DNA from: a virus
Lineage: Duplodnaviria; Heunggongvirae; Uroviricota; Caudoviricetes
IMG/VR virus record: IMGVR_UViG_2537561618_000005
Direction: 5' to 3' (one strand)
Length of the DNA stretch: 13,194 nucleotides
Below the pieces are notes generated by a model that saw nothing but the letters and a program-made list of their open reading frames with translations, had not been told where the DNA came from and did no database searches. Made by a program: the position numbers and the translations under genes. Position 1 is the stretch's first letter. Each line of letters begins with the position of its first letter. Shown here in pieces: positions 1 through 9,816 of this stretch.

Positions 1-357
1 ATGTCATCGTTCAGGCACCACTTCCTCCTAAACCGATCGAACGCGGTTATGCCAGTGCAGGGTTACTTGCACGGATCCTGGTCAGCAAATATATGGAACA
101 TATCCCTTTATATCGCCAGTCAGAAATATACGCGCGACAGGGCGTGGAGCTGAGCCGTAATACCATGGTGCGCTGGGTATCAGAAATGGCAGACAAACTC
201 CGTCCTCTGTATATAGCGCTGAATGACTATGTTCTGGAGGCAGGAAAGGTGCACGCAGATGACACTCCGGTGAAAGTACTGGCCCCGGGGAACGGAAAGA
301 CGAAAACGGGTCGTCTGTGGGTATACGTCAGGGATGATCGTAATGCGGGTTCATCCC
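1..357 (+). mobile_element. Remnant of an IS66-family insertion sequence (internal part of the transposase gene only), cut off by IS2 at 358
   Basis: Frame-3 translation from nt 3 (VIVQAPLPPKPIERGYASAGLLARILVSKYMEHIPLYRQSEIYARQGVELSRNTMVRWV...ADDTPVKVLAPGNGKTKTGRLWVYVRDDRNAG) matches IS66/ISEc8-type transposases as I remember them. No IS66 terminal repeat lies in the window. Confidence 0.7.
3..357 (+). pseudogene. IS66-family transposase (TnpC-like), internal fragment; 5' end outside window, 3' end replaced by IS2
   Basis: Open frame with no plausible start in the window. The reading frame runs straight into the IS2 left end and stops inside IS2 at 405-407. Confidence 0.75.
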
Positions 358-448
358 TAGACTGGCCCCCTGAATCTCCAGACAACCAGTATCACTTATT
401 TAAGTGATAGTCTTAATACTAGTTTTTAGACTAGTCATTGGAGAACAG

Positions 449-814
449 ATGATTGATGTCTTAGGGCCGGAGAAACGCAGACGGCGTACCACACAGGAAA
501 AGATCGCAATTGTTCAGCAGAGCTTTGAACCGGGGATGACGGTCTCCCTCGTTGCCCGGCAACATGGTGTAGCAGCCAGCCAGTTATTTCTCTGGCGTAA
601 GCAATACCAGGAAGGAAGTCTTACTGCTGTGGCCGCCGGAGAACAGGTTGTTCCTGCCTCTGAACTTGCTGCCGCCATGAAGCAGATTAAAGAACTCCAG
701 CGCCTGCTCGGCAAGAAAACGATGGAAAATGAACTCCTCAAAGAAGCCGTTGAATATGGACGGGCAAAAAAGTGGATAGCGCACGCGCCCTTATTGCCCG
801 GGGATGGGGAGTAA
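449..814 (+). CDS. insC: IS2 OrfA (InsC) transposase regulatory/HTH protein
   Basis: ATG at 449 preceded by GGAGAA. Translation [56 protein letters not shown]...[18 protein letters not shown] matches IS2 InsC from memory. The ORF-track start at 404 lies inside the IS terminal repeat and is unlikely. Confidence 0.9.
766..772 (+). promoter_or_regulatory. A AAA AAG programmed -1 ribosomal frameshift heptamer of IS2 (insC to insD)
   Basis: A6G run at 766-772 where the insC frame (frame 2) overlaps the insD frame (frame 1). IS3-family elements make the OrfAB transposase by -1 frameshifting at such motifs. Confidence 0.6.
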
Positions 815-1677
815 GCTTAGTCAGCCGTTGTCTCCGGGTGTCGCGTGCGCAGTTGCACGTCATTCTCAGACGAACCGATGACTGGATGGATGGCCGCCGC
901 AGTCGTCACACTGATGATACGGATGTGCTTCTCCGTATACACCATGTTATCGGAGAGCTGCCCACGTATGGTTATCGTCGGGTATGGGCGCTGCTTCGCA
1001 GACAGGCAGAACTTGATGGTATGCCTGCGATCAATGCCAAACGTGTTTACCGGCTCATGCGCCAGAATGCGCTGTTGCTTGAGCGAAAACCTGCTGTACC
1101 GCCATCGAAACGGGCACATACAGGCAGAGTGGCCGTGAAAGAAAGCAATCAGCGATGGTGCTCTGACGGGTTCGAGTTCTGCTGTGATAACGGAGAGAGA
1201 CTGCGTGTCACGTTCGCGCTGGACTGCTGTGATCGTGAGGCACTGCACTGGGCGGTGACTACCGGCGGCTTCAACAGTGAAACAGTACAGGATGTCATGC
1301 TGGGAGCGGTGGAACGCCGCTTCGGCAACGATCTTCCGTCGTCTCCAGTGGAGTAGCTGACGGATAATGGTTCATGCTACCGGGCTAATGAAACACGCCA
1401 GTTCGCCCGGATGTTGGGACTTGAACCGAAGAACACGGCGGTGCGGAGTCCGGAGAGTAACGGAATAGCAGAGAGCTTCGTGAAAACGATAAAGCGTGAC
1501 TACATCAGTATCATGCCCAAACCAGACGGGTTAACGGCAGCAAAGAACCTTGCAGAGGCGTTCGAGCATTATAACGAATGGCATCCGCATAGTGCGCTGG
1601 GTTATCGCTCGCCACGGGAATATCTGCGGCAGCGGGCTTGTAATGGGTTAAGTGATAACAGATGTCTGGAAATATAG
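772..1677 (+). pseudogene. insD: IS2 OrfB (InsD) transposase catalytic domain, interrupted by in-frame TAG at 1354-1356
   Basis: Frame 1 is InsD-like throughout ([20 protein letters not shown]...SSPVE then [41 protein letters not shown]...NRCLEI). Codon 1354-1356 is TAG where IS2 InsD has W (VEWLTDNG) in my memory, immediately before the DNG catalytic region. The track splits it into ORFs 772-1356 and 1411-1677 in the same frame. Confidence 0.8.
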
Positions 1678-1733
1678 GGGCAAATCCAGTATAAGCCATT
1701 ATCAAACCCACCCGTAGATAGGCTTTGTAATGG

Positions 1734-2021
1734 CTACTTCTTCAGAAATGATTCGATGAATTCACGTCGAGGATGACGATAGTTCAGAATATCTTCTGGC
1801 ATCCTCATAAAGCGGTTGTTGCCGTCTTTGGCAGTAACAAAACAGCTGTGAACTCCGCAGACATCCGTTTTGATCGTGTCGCTATACTCAAAAAGCAACT
1901 GAGCCATCTTCTCTTGCCATTCTGGAGGCATAGCCTCCATGAATACTCGCGGCATCACGCAGAACGACGTATGCGTAAGACCAAACCACAGTTGCAGGTC
2001 TTTACGATATTCTTCATCCAT
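1734..2021 (-). CDS. Hypothetical 95-aa protein ([95 protein letters not shown]), family not recognised
   Basis: ATG (reverse complement of 2019-2021) preceded by AAGGT with 6-nt spacing. The ORF-track ORF 1734-2117 continues upstream only because the frame stays open into the IS911 left end. The stop is 45 bp from the IS2 right end. I could not assign a family from memory. Confidence 0.4.
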   Translation of the reverse strand: MDEEYRKDLQLWFGLTHTSFCVMPRVFMEAMPPEWQEKMAQLLFEYSDTIKTDVCGVHSCFVTAKDGNNRFMRMPEDILNYRHPRREFIESFLKK

Positions 2022-2085
2022 CGTCTTTACCTTTGTTGCAATGATGAAGTGGCACACTGAATTTGGCCACCTGAACAGAGGTGAT

Positions 2086-3284
<1,199 letters not shown>

Positions 3285-3292
3285 CCACTTCA

Positions 3293-4447
3293 TGGATGCC
3301 TGTTGAGCAGGAAGCGCCAACCCAGACTGGCTGGGATTTAACTGGCAACGCAACCGGGATTCTGGAACTCTCCGTGAAGTGCAACATGGGCGATCCGGAT
3401 AACGATTTCTTCGAGCTTCGTGCAGATGACCTGCGTGATGAGCGTTCTTACCGTCGCCGCATCCAGGCATCCGCCAAAAAACTGGCGAATAACATTGAGT
3501 CAGCGATTGCCAAACAGGCAACTGAAATGGGCTCGCTTGTTGTTCACGATACCCGCGCAATTGGTCCATCGACTGGCCTGCCTGGCTGGGATTTTGTGTC
3601 TGATGCAGAGCGACTGATGTTCTCCCGTGAGCTAAACCGCGACATGGGCATCAGTTACTTCCTGAACCCTGACGATTACCGCAAAGCAGGCCGCAACCTG
3701 GTAGATGGTGACATCTTCGGGCGCGTTCCTGAAGAAGCATATCGAAACGGTACTATTCAGCGTCAGATTGCTGGCTTTGATGAAATTCTTCGCTCACCGA
3801 AACTTCCGGCAGTTACCAAGTCAACCGCGACTGGTGTAACTGTTTCTGGTGCGCAGAAGTTTAAGCCGCAGGCATACACCCTTGATACCGATGGTAACAA
3901 AGAGAACGTCGACAACCGTGTTGCAACGGTGACCGTATCCTCCACCACCGGATTTAAGCGCGGCGACAAAATCAGCTTCATTGGTGTGAAGTTCCTGTCT
4001 CAGATGGCGAAGAATGTGCTGACTGATGACGCGACTTTCTCAATCACCCGTGTGATCGATGGTACTCACATCGAAATCACGCCGAAGCCGATTGCGCTGG
4101 ATGACGCGTCACTGACAAAAGAAGAGAAGGCTTACGCTAACGTAAACACCTCTCTTGCTGATACCACTCCGGTAAACGTTCTGAACGTGGCAACAACCAC
4201 CGCTAACGTGTTCTGGGCTGATGACTCAATCCGCCTGCTGTCTCAGCCGATCCCGGTAACCCATGAACTGTTTGCTGGCATGAAAACGTCTTCCTTCAGC
4301 ATTCCAGGTATTGGTGTTAACGGCATCTTCGCAACGCAGGGTGATATCAACACTCTGTCTGGTAAGTGCCGTATTGCTGTGTGGTATTCAGCATGTGCTG
4401 TACGACCAGAGGCAATTGGTGTTGGTCTGCCTAACCAGACCGCGTGA
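3293..4447 (+). pseudogene. P22-type major capsid (coat) protein gene, 5'-truncated by the IS911 right end (about 45 N-terminal codons missing)
   Basis: Translation [16 protein letters not shown]...[33 protein letters not shown]...[39 protein letters not shown]...[34 protein letters not shown]...[14 protein letters not shown] is collinear with P22 gp5 coat as I remember it. The homology starts exactly at the IS911 boundary, with no native start codon or RBS. Confidence 0.9.
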
Positions 4448-4455
4448 TAACCAGA

Positions 4456-4479
4456 GGGAGCTTCGGCTCCCGTTTTTAT
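4456..4479 (+). terminator. Intrinsic (rho-independent) terminator-like hairpin downstream of the coat gene
   Basis: GGGAGC-TTCG-GCTCCC perfect 6-bp GC-rich stem with tetraloop, followed by GTTTTTAT, 9 nt after the coat stop (TGA 4445-4447). Confidence 0.6.
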
Positions 4480-4491
4480 CTGGAGACAAGC

Positions 4492-4716
4492 ATGACACAC
4501 ATGATCTTTCGTCATGGCGACATGAAGAAGTGGAAAGGCGTTGGCTACGACTTTGAAATCGTGAAAGCCGAAGAGCTTCAGGAATATCTGGATGCTGGCT
4601 GGTTTTCACATCCTGATGACCTTTTGAAGGATGTTGCAGAGCCAGAAGAAAAACAGTGTAAAAAGCCTGGTCGAAAACCTAAGGCGGCAGCAGATGAACC
4701 TGACAACGAAGGGTGA
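4492..4716 (+). CDS. Small hypothetical protein (74 aa) between coat and adaptor genes
   Basis: ATG at 4492 preceded by GGAGA. Translation [74 protein letters not shown]. Its 3' end overlaps the next gene start by 23 nt. Function unknown. Confidence 0.5.
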   Translation: MTHMIFRHGDMKKWKGVGYDFEIVKAEELQEYLDAGWFSHPDDLLKDVAEPEEKQCKKPGRKPKAAADEPDNEG

Positions 4717-5194
4717 TTTAGTTCTTGCGGCATTACGTAAGCTCGGTGTTGCATCAAATGCCACGTTAACCGATGTCGAACCGCAGTCTATGGAAGACGG
4801 CGTCAACGACCTTGAAATGATGATGGCTGAATGGCTTGGCGGTGATGCGTCACCTGGTATCAACGTTGGCTACATTTTTGCTGATGCAGATGTTGCTCCG
4901 GATCCGGGCGATGAGCACGGTTTATCAAATAACGCTATCAATGCCGTCATTTTCAACCTTGCCTGCCGAATTGCTCCAGATTATGCGCTGGAAGCGTCTG
5001 CAAAACTTATAACCACTGCCAGATACGGGAAAGAGCGACTCGTCAAACTGTCTGCAATGGACAGGGCAAAAGCAGCTAAATGTAAGTCCGGTTATCCAAA
5101 CCGTATGCCTGTTGGTAGTGGTAACCAGTTGGCGAAGTGGAATGGTTGGAATTACTTCCACCGAAAGGAACCTTGCGATAACGGGAGCGAATAA
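4694..5194 (+). CDS. Head-to-tail adaptor protein, P22 gp4-like (166 aa)
   Basis: [47 protein letters not shown]...[29 protein letters not shown]...[11 protein letters not shown] resembles P22 gp4 from memory, with the same length and position directly upstream of the gp10 homolog. The stop TAA overlaps the next ATG (ATAATG). Confidence 0.85.
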   Translation: MNLTTKGDLVLAALRKLGVASNATLTDVEPQSMEDGVNDLEMMMAEWLGGDASPGINVGYIFADADVAPDPGDEHGLSNNAINAVIFNLACRIAPDYALEASAKLITTARYGKERLVKLSAMDRAKAAKCKSGYPNRMPVGSGNQLAKWNGWNYFHRKEPCDNGSE

Positions 5195-6612
5195 TGCCTA
5201 TTCAGCAACTTCCGCTTATGAAAGGTGTCGGCAAAGACTTCCGAAACGCCGACTATATCGACTATCTGCCAGTGAATATGCTGGCTACACCCAAAGAAAT
5301 CCTGAACAGCAGCGGATATCTTCGCCCATTCCCGGGCATTGCCAAACGTTCTGACGTGAACGGTGTATCTCGCGGCGTCGAGTACAACATGGCGCAGAAT
5401 GCTGTTTATCGCGTGTGTGGCGGCAAGCTGTACAAAGGAGAAAGTGAAGTCGGTGATGTTGCCGGAAGTGGTCGTGTATCAATGGCGCATGGTCGGACAT
5501 CACAGGCGGTAGGCGTTAATGGTCAACTGGTCGAGTATCGCTATGATGGCACGGTCAAAACCGTCTCAAACTGGCCTACAGACAGTGGATTCACTCAGTA
5601 TGAGTTAGGTTCAGTTCGCGACATTACGCGCTTACGTGGGCGTTATGCGTGGTCAAAAGACGGAACTGATTCATGGTTTATCACTGACCTTGAAGACGAA
5701 TCTCATCCTGACCGTTACAGCGCACAATATCGTGCCGAGTCTCAGCCTGACGGCATCATCGGTATCGGGACATGGCGAGACTTCATCGTCTGCTTTGGTT
5801 CATCGACTATTGAATATTTCTCCCTGACTGGCGCAACCACCGTTGGTGCCGCTTTGTATGTTGCACAACCATCGCTGATGGTGCAGAAAGGCATTGCCGG
5901 AACTTACTGCAAAACGCCATTCGCTGATTCGTATGCGTTTATCAGCAATCCGGCAACGGGTGCGCCGTCTGTGTATATCATCGACTCCGGTCAGGTGTCA
6001 CCAATTGCCAGCGCGAGCATTGAGAAAATCCTCCGCTCCTACACTGCTGATGAACTGGCTGATGGTGTGATGGAATCGCTGCGATTTGATGCTCATGAGT
6101 TGCTGATTATCCACCTTCCGCGTCACGTCCTCGTGTACGACGCATCTTCAAGCGCCAATGGCCCACAATGGTGTGTGCTGAAAACAGGTCTGTATGACGA
6201 TGTGTACCGCGCTATCGACTTCGTTTACGAAGGCAATCAGATAACGTGCGGCGATAAGCTGGAATCTGTTACCGGGAAACTGCAATTCGATATCAGCAGC
6301 CAGTACGACAAGCAACAGGAACACCTGCTGTTTACTCCACTCTTCAAAGCGGATAACGCCAGAGTGTTCGACCTTGAGGTTGAATCGTCAACTGGCGTTG
6401 CGCAGTACGCCGACCGCCTTTTTCTCTCTGCAACCACTGACTGCATCAATTACGGGCGTGAGCAGATGATTGAGCAGAATGAACCGTTCGTTTACGACAA
6501 GCGTGTTTTGTGGAAGCGAGTAGGGCGCATCAGGAAAAATGTCGGCTTCAAATTGCGCGTTATCACGAAGTCACCTGTCACTCTGTCTGGCGCTCAGATA
6601 AGGATTGAGTAA
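5194..6612 (+). CDS. Tail hub / tail accessory protein, P22 gp10-like (472 aa)
   Basis: [48 protein letters not shown]...[18 protein letters not shown]. Length and N-terminus agree with P22 gp10 as I remember it, and the gene is in the gp4-gp10-gp26 order. Confidence 0.88.
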   Translation: MPIQQLPLMKGVGKDFRNADYIDYLPVNMLATPKEILNSSGYLRPFPGIAKRSDVNGVSRGVEYNMAQNAVYRVCGGKLYKGESEVGDVAGSGRVSMAHGRTSQAVGVNGQLVEYRYDGTVKTVSNWPTDSGFTQYELGSVRDITRLRGRYAWSKDGTDSWFITDLEDESHPDRYSAQYRAESQPDGIIGIGTWRDFIVCFGSSTIEYFSLTGATTVGAALYVAQPSLMVQKGIAGTYCKTPFADSYAFISNPATGAPSVYIIDSGQVSPIASASIEKILRSYTADELADGVMESLRFDAHELLIIHLPRHVLVYDASSSANGPQWCVLKTGLYDDVYRAIDFVYEGNQITCGDKLESVTGKLQFDISSQYDKQQEHLLFTPLFKADNARVFDLEVESSTGVAQYADRLFLSATTDCINYGREQMIEQNEPFVYDKRVLWKRVGRIRKNVGFKLRVITKSPVTLSGAQIRIE

Positions 6613-7409
6613 TGGCTGATTCGAATCTCAATGTGCCGGTAATCATCCAAGCTACGCGGCTCGATACATCAGTCCTTCCACGCAATATCTTCTCGCAGTC
6701 GTATCTGCTTTACGTTATCGCACAGGGCACTGATGTTGGTAACGTGGCTAACAAAGCCAACGAGGCCGGACAGGGCGCTTATGATGCACAGGTCAGGAAC
6801 GATGAGCAGGATGTGATTCTCGCTGACCATGAGCAGCGAATTTCTGCTGCGGAAGCAACGCTTGTTAATCATGAGGAGCGAATCAGACAGGCAGAATCAA
6901 CTCTTCAGGACCATGAAACACGAATAGCTCAGAATGAAAGCGATATTTCGTCGCTTGACACAAGAGTTCAGTCGCTGGAGTCGCAGGTTTCAGACCATGA
7001 AACGCGCATCGATGCTCTGGAGTATGCAACCACACGCAAGAAGTCAGAGGTTGTTTACTCTGGTGTATCTGTAACCATCCCGACAGCGCCGACCAACCTT
7101 GTTAGCCTGCTGAAAACGCTCACACCGTCATCCGGCTCGTTGGCACCATTCTTCGACACCGTTAACAACAAGATGGTTGTGTTCAACGAGAACAAAACCC
7201 TGCTCTTCAAGTTGTCGATTGTCGGCACGTGGCCCAGCGGAACCGCCAACAGGTCAATGCAGCTAACCTTTTCCGGCTCTGTTCCTGACACACTGGTCAG
7301 CAGTCGTAATGCGGCGACAACAACCGACAACATCCTGTTAGCTACGTTCTTCAGCGTGGATAAAGACGGCTTTCTTGCCACAACCATCAAGATAATCGCG
7401 GAGCAGTGA
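6612..7409 (+). CDS. Tail needle protein, P22 gp26-like N-terminus and coiled-coil core with a divergent C-terminal domain (265 aa)
   Basis: N-terminus [68 protein letters not shown] is near-identical in pattern to P22 gp26. It is followed by DHE.RI heptad-type repeats. The last ~110 aa ([25 protein letters not shown]...TIKIIAEQ) do not resemble the P22 gp26 C-terminus. Confidence 0.85.
   Translation: MADSNLNVPVIIQATRLDTSVLPRNIFSQSYLLYVIAQGTDVGNVANKANEAGQGAYDAQVRNDEQDVILADHEQRISAAEATLVNHEERIRQAESTLQDHETRIAQNESDISSLDTRVQSLESQVSDHETRIDALEYATTRKKSEVVYSGVSVTIPTAPTNLVSLLKTLTPSSGSLAPFFDTVNNKMVVFNENKTLLFKLSIVGTWPSGTANRSMQLTFSGSVPDTLVSSRNAATTTDNILLATFFSVDKDGFLATTIKIIAEQ
6825..7020 (+). repeat. Intragenic periodic repeats (about 42 nt / 14 aa; GACCATGA-R units) encoding the trimeric coiled-coil shaft of the tail needle
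   Basis: [14 protein letters not shown] / [14 protein letters not shown] / [14 protein letters not shown] / ... / [19 protein letters not shown] or CATGA-containing units recur at 14- or 28-codon spacing. Confidence 0.5.
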
Positions 7410-7864
7410 TGATTACATTCAAACCAACGCGAAACATCGACCTGATAGAAGCAGTCGGAAATCACCCTGACATTATCGCCGGGAGCAACAACGGTGATGG
7501 ATACGACTACAAACCTGAATGCCGTTACTTTGAGGTGAACGTGCACGGTCAGTTTGGCGGCATTGTTTACTATCAGGAGATTCAGCCGCTGACATTAGAT
7601 TGCCACGCCATGTACCTGCCAGAGATTCGCGGCTTCAGCAAGGAAATTGGGCTGGCGTTCTGGCGATACATTCTGACTAACACCACCGTTCAGTGCGTAA
7701 CATCGTTCGCTGCACGCAAATTCCGACACGGTCAGATGTACTGCGCAATGATTGGCCTTAAGCGTGTAGGAACCATCAAGAAATACTTCAAAGGCGTGGA
7801 TGACGTGACTTTTTACAGCGCCACACGCGAAGAACTAATCGACTTCCTGAATCACGGGAGATAG
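7409..7864 (+). CDS. Hypothetical virion-associated protein at the position of P22 gene 14 (151 aa)
   Basis: ATG at 7409 overlaps the gp26-like stop (TGATG). Translation [51 protein letters not shown].... Assignment is by position only; I cannot confirm sequence similarity to P22 gp14 from memory. Confidence 0.55.
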   Translation: MITFKPTRNIDLIEAVGNHPDIIAGSNNGDGYDYKPECRYFEVNVHGQFGGIVYYQEIQPLTLDCHAMYLPEIRGFSKEIGLAFWRYILTNTTVQCVTSFAARKFRHGQMYCAMIGLKRVGTIKKYFKGVDDVTFYSATREELIDFLNHGR

Positions 7865-7866
7865 CC

Positions 7867-8475
7867 ATGTTATATGCATTTAAGCTGGGCAGAAAACTGT
7901 GCGGCGAGGAACCTTATTGCCCTGAAAAAGGCGGGAAAGGTGGCAGTTCTGATAAAAGCGCAAAGTATGCAGCAGAAGCCCAGAAGTATGCTGCAGACCT
8001 GCAAAATCAGCAGTGGCAGACGATCATGAAAAACCTTGCTCCGTTCACGCCTCTTGCGGAGCAGTATGTTAACCAGCTTCAGAACCTTTCCAGTTTAGAA
8101 GGTCAGGGGCAGGCACTTAATCAGTATTACAACTCTAAGCAGTATAAAGACCTTGCAGGGCAGGCGCGTTACCAGAGTCTTGCTGCTGCGGAGGCGACGG
8201 GTGGACTTGGTTCGACAGCCACAAGCAATCAACTGGCTACGATCGCGCCGACACTCGGTCAGTCTTGGTTATCAAATCAGATGAGCAATTACAACAATCT
8301 GGCAAACGTTGGGCTTGGTGCGCTGCAAGGTCAGGCAAACGCCGGGCAGACGTACGCCAACAACATGAGCAGCATTGCACAGCAAAGCGCAGCTCTTGCC
8401 AGCCTTTTGGGAACATCAACGCCTTGGGGCGCTGGTATTGGTGCTGGTATCGGATTGCTTGGCTCGTTGTTTTAA
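7867..8475 (+). CDS. DNA-ejection (E) protein, P22 gp7-like (202 aa)
   Basis: ATG at 7867 preceded by GGGAGA. Gln/Asn/Ala/Gly-rich low-complexity protein with a Gly-rich hydrophobic C-terminus (WGAGIGAGIGLLGSLF). Position and composition are typical of the first P22-type ejection protein. Confidence 0.8.
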   Translation: MLYAFKLGRKLCGEEPYCPEKGGKGGSSDKSAKYAAEAQKYAADLQNQQWQTIMKNLAPFTPLAEQYVNQLQNLSSLEGQGQALNQYYNSKQYKDLAGQARYQSLAAAEATGGLGSTATSNQLATIAPTLGQSWLSNQMSNYNNLANVGLGALQGQANAGQTYANNMSSIAQQSAALASLLGTSTPWGAGIGAGIGLLGSLF

Positions 8476-8484
8476 GGGGTAATC

Positions 8485-9816
8485 ATGGCTACTTGGCAAG
8501 GAACAAACGGCGGATTGTTGGCTGGTATCGGCGGCGTCAACTCAAACGCTCCGAGCGTAAATGACATCGGCAATACGCTTCAGCTTATCAGGCAGAACAA
8601 TGATATTGAGCGTTCAGGCGCTAACAATGTTGGGCTGACTGCTTTGCAAGGTCTTTCAGGTATTGCGGGTGTTTTTCAGCAGGAAAAGCAGGCTCAGCGG
8701 CAGAAAGAATTTCAGCAGGCGTACGCTAATGCTTATGCGTCTGGTGATCGCGGTGCTTTGCGTCAGTTGGCTACTCAATATCCAGACCAGATTGAATCCG
8801 TTCGTAAAGGCATGGGATTCATTGATGAAGAGCAGCGTAATTCTATCGGCACCTTAGCGGCTGGCGCACGCCTTGCGTCATCGTCTCCAGAAGCAATGCA
8901 ATCATGGCTGCAAAACAACGCCGGTGAGTTAGCTCGTGTTGGCGTTAATCCTCATGACGTCGCTCAGATGTACCAACAGAACCCGCGGCAGTTCGGCGAA
9001 TTTGTCGATCACCTGGGGATGAACAGTCTCGGGCCCGAAAAATACTTTGACCTACAGGATAAAATGCAGGGTCGCCAGGTTACCATGCGCGGTCAGGATC
9101 TGGATTCGCAAACCGCCGCTCGGAATCAGGCAATCACAATGCGCGGACAAGATATCCAGGCGAATTTAGGTCAGCAGCGCATTAATCTGGACGCAGAAAC
9201 AAACCGCATTAACAACGAAAATAAGCGCCTTGACCGGATGCTATCAGCAGAAACTAACGACCTGAAGCGCCAGGAAATACAGAGCCGCATAGCAGCCAAC
9301 AACCAGCAGTTGCAGCAGAAGCAGCAAGCGCTAAATGATGGCTACAAAGACGGCATCAACACCCTCACAACCAGCATGTTCACTCTGAACGATATCGTTA
9401 GTTCTCCTTCACTTAAGAGCATTACAGGCTTACGTGGAGTAATCCCCAACGTTCCAGGCTCACAGGCTGCAGACACTCAGGCACGACTTGATACCTTTAA
9501 ATCACAAGCATACCTGACAGCGGTTCAGGCCATGCGAGGCATGGGCGCACTTTCTGATGCCGAGGGCAAAAAGCTCGACCAGGCTGTTGGTTCGCTGCAG
9601 AACTCGCAGAGCGAGGAGTCCTTTCGTCGCAACGCTGGCGTCATCCTGAACACGCTCAACCAGAAGCGTAATGAGGCGGTTGGTAAGTACGTTCAGCAAA
9701 ACGGTATCAAGCGAGTGGAAGCGCCTCAGGCTTCTATAGATTACCTGAAGCAGCACCCCGAGCTGTCAATCGACTTCATTAATCGCTACGGATATCTTCC
9801 ATCTTTGGGGCAGTAA
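8485..9816 (+). CDS. DNA-ejection (E) protein, P22 gp20-like (443 aa)
   Basis: ATG at 8485 preceded by AAGGGG. Translation MATWQGTNGGLLAGIGGVNSNAPS.... Gln-rich with internal TMRGQD repeats. Position and size match the second ejection protein. Confidence 0.8.
   Translation: MATWQGTNGGLLAGIGGVNSNAPSVNDIGNTLQLIRQNNDIERSGANNVGLTALQGLSGIAGVFQQEKQAQRQKEFQQAYANAYASGDRGALRQLATQYPDQIESVRKGMGFIDEEQRNSIGTLAAGARLASSSPEAMQSWLQNNAGELARVGVNPHDVAQMYQQNPRQFGEFVDHLGMNSLGPEKYFDLQDKMQGRQVTMRGQDLDSQTAARNQAITMRGQDIQANLGQQRINLDAETNRINNENKRLDRMLSAETNDLKRQEIQSRIAANNQQLQQKQQALNDGYKDGINTLTTSMFTLNDIVSSPSLKSITGLRGVIPNVPGSQAADTQARLDTFKSQAYLTAVQAMRGMGALSDAEGKKLDQAVGSLQNSQSEESFRRNAGVILNTLNQKRNEAVGKYVQQNGIKRVEAPQASIDYLKQHPELSIDFINRYGYLPSLGQ

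Larger units (their letters stand above)
358..1688 (+). mobile_element. IS2 (IS3 family), complete 1331-bp copy
   Basis: Left end TAGACTGGCCCCCTGAATCTCCAGACAACC at 358 and right end ...TGTCTGGAAATATAGGGGCAAATCCA ending at 1688 form the imperfect IS2 terminal repeats. Internal insC/insD arrangement has an A6G slippery site. Flanks atccc (353-357) and gtata (1689-1693) are not a direct repeat. Confidence 0.9.

Noticed and set aside
404-448. N-terminal extension of IS2 insC (ORF-track start at 404)
   Set aside because: It lies inside the IS2 terminal repeat region. The canonical InsC start with RBS is at 449.
7055-7546. 163-aa minus-strand ORF overlapping the tail needle and gp14-position genes
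   Set aside because: It lies entirely antisense to two well-supported phage genes, has no RBS or recognisable homology, and is a typical shadow ORF.
8265-8857. Alternative-frame ORFs (8265-8564, 8663-8857) inside the gp7- and gp20-like genes
   Set aside because: They are Arg/Cys-rich out-of-frame translations of Gln/Ala-rich coding sequence and are frame artefacts.
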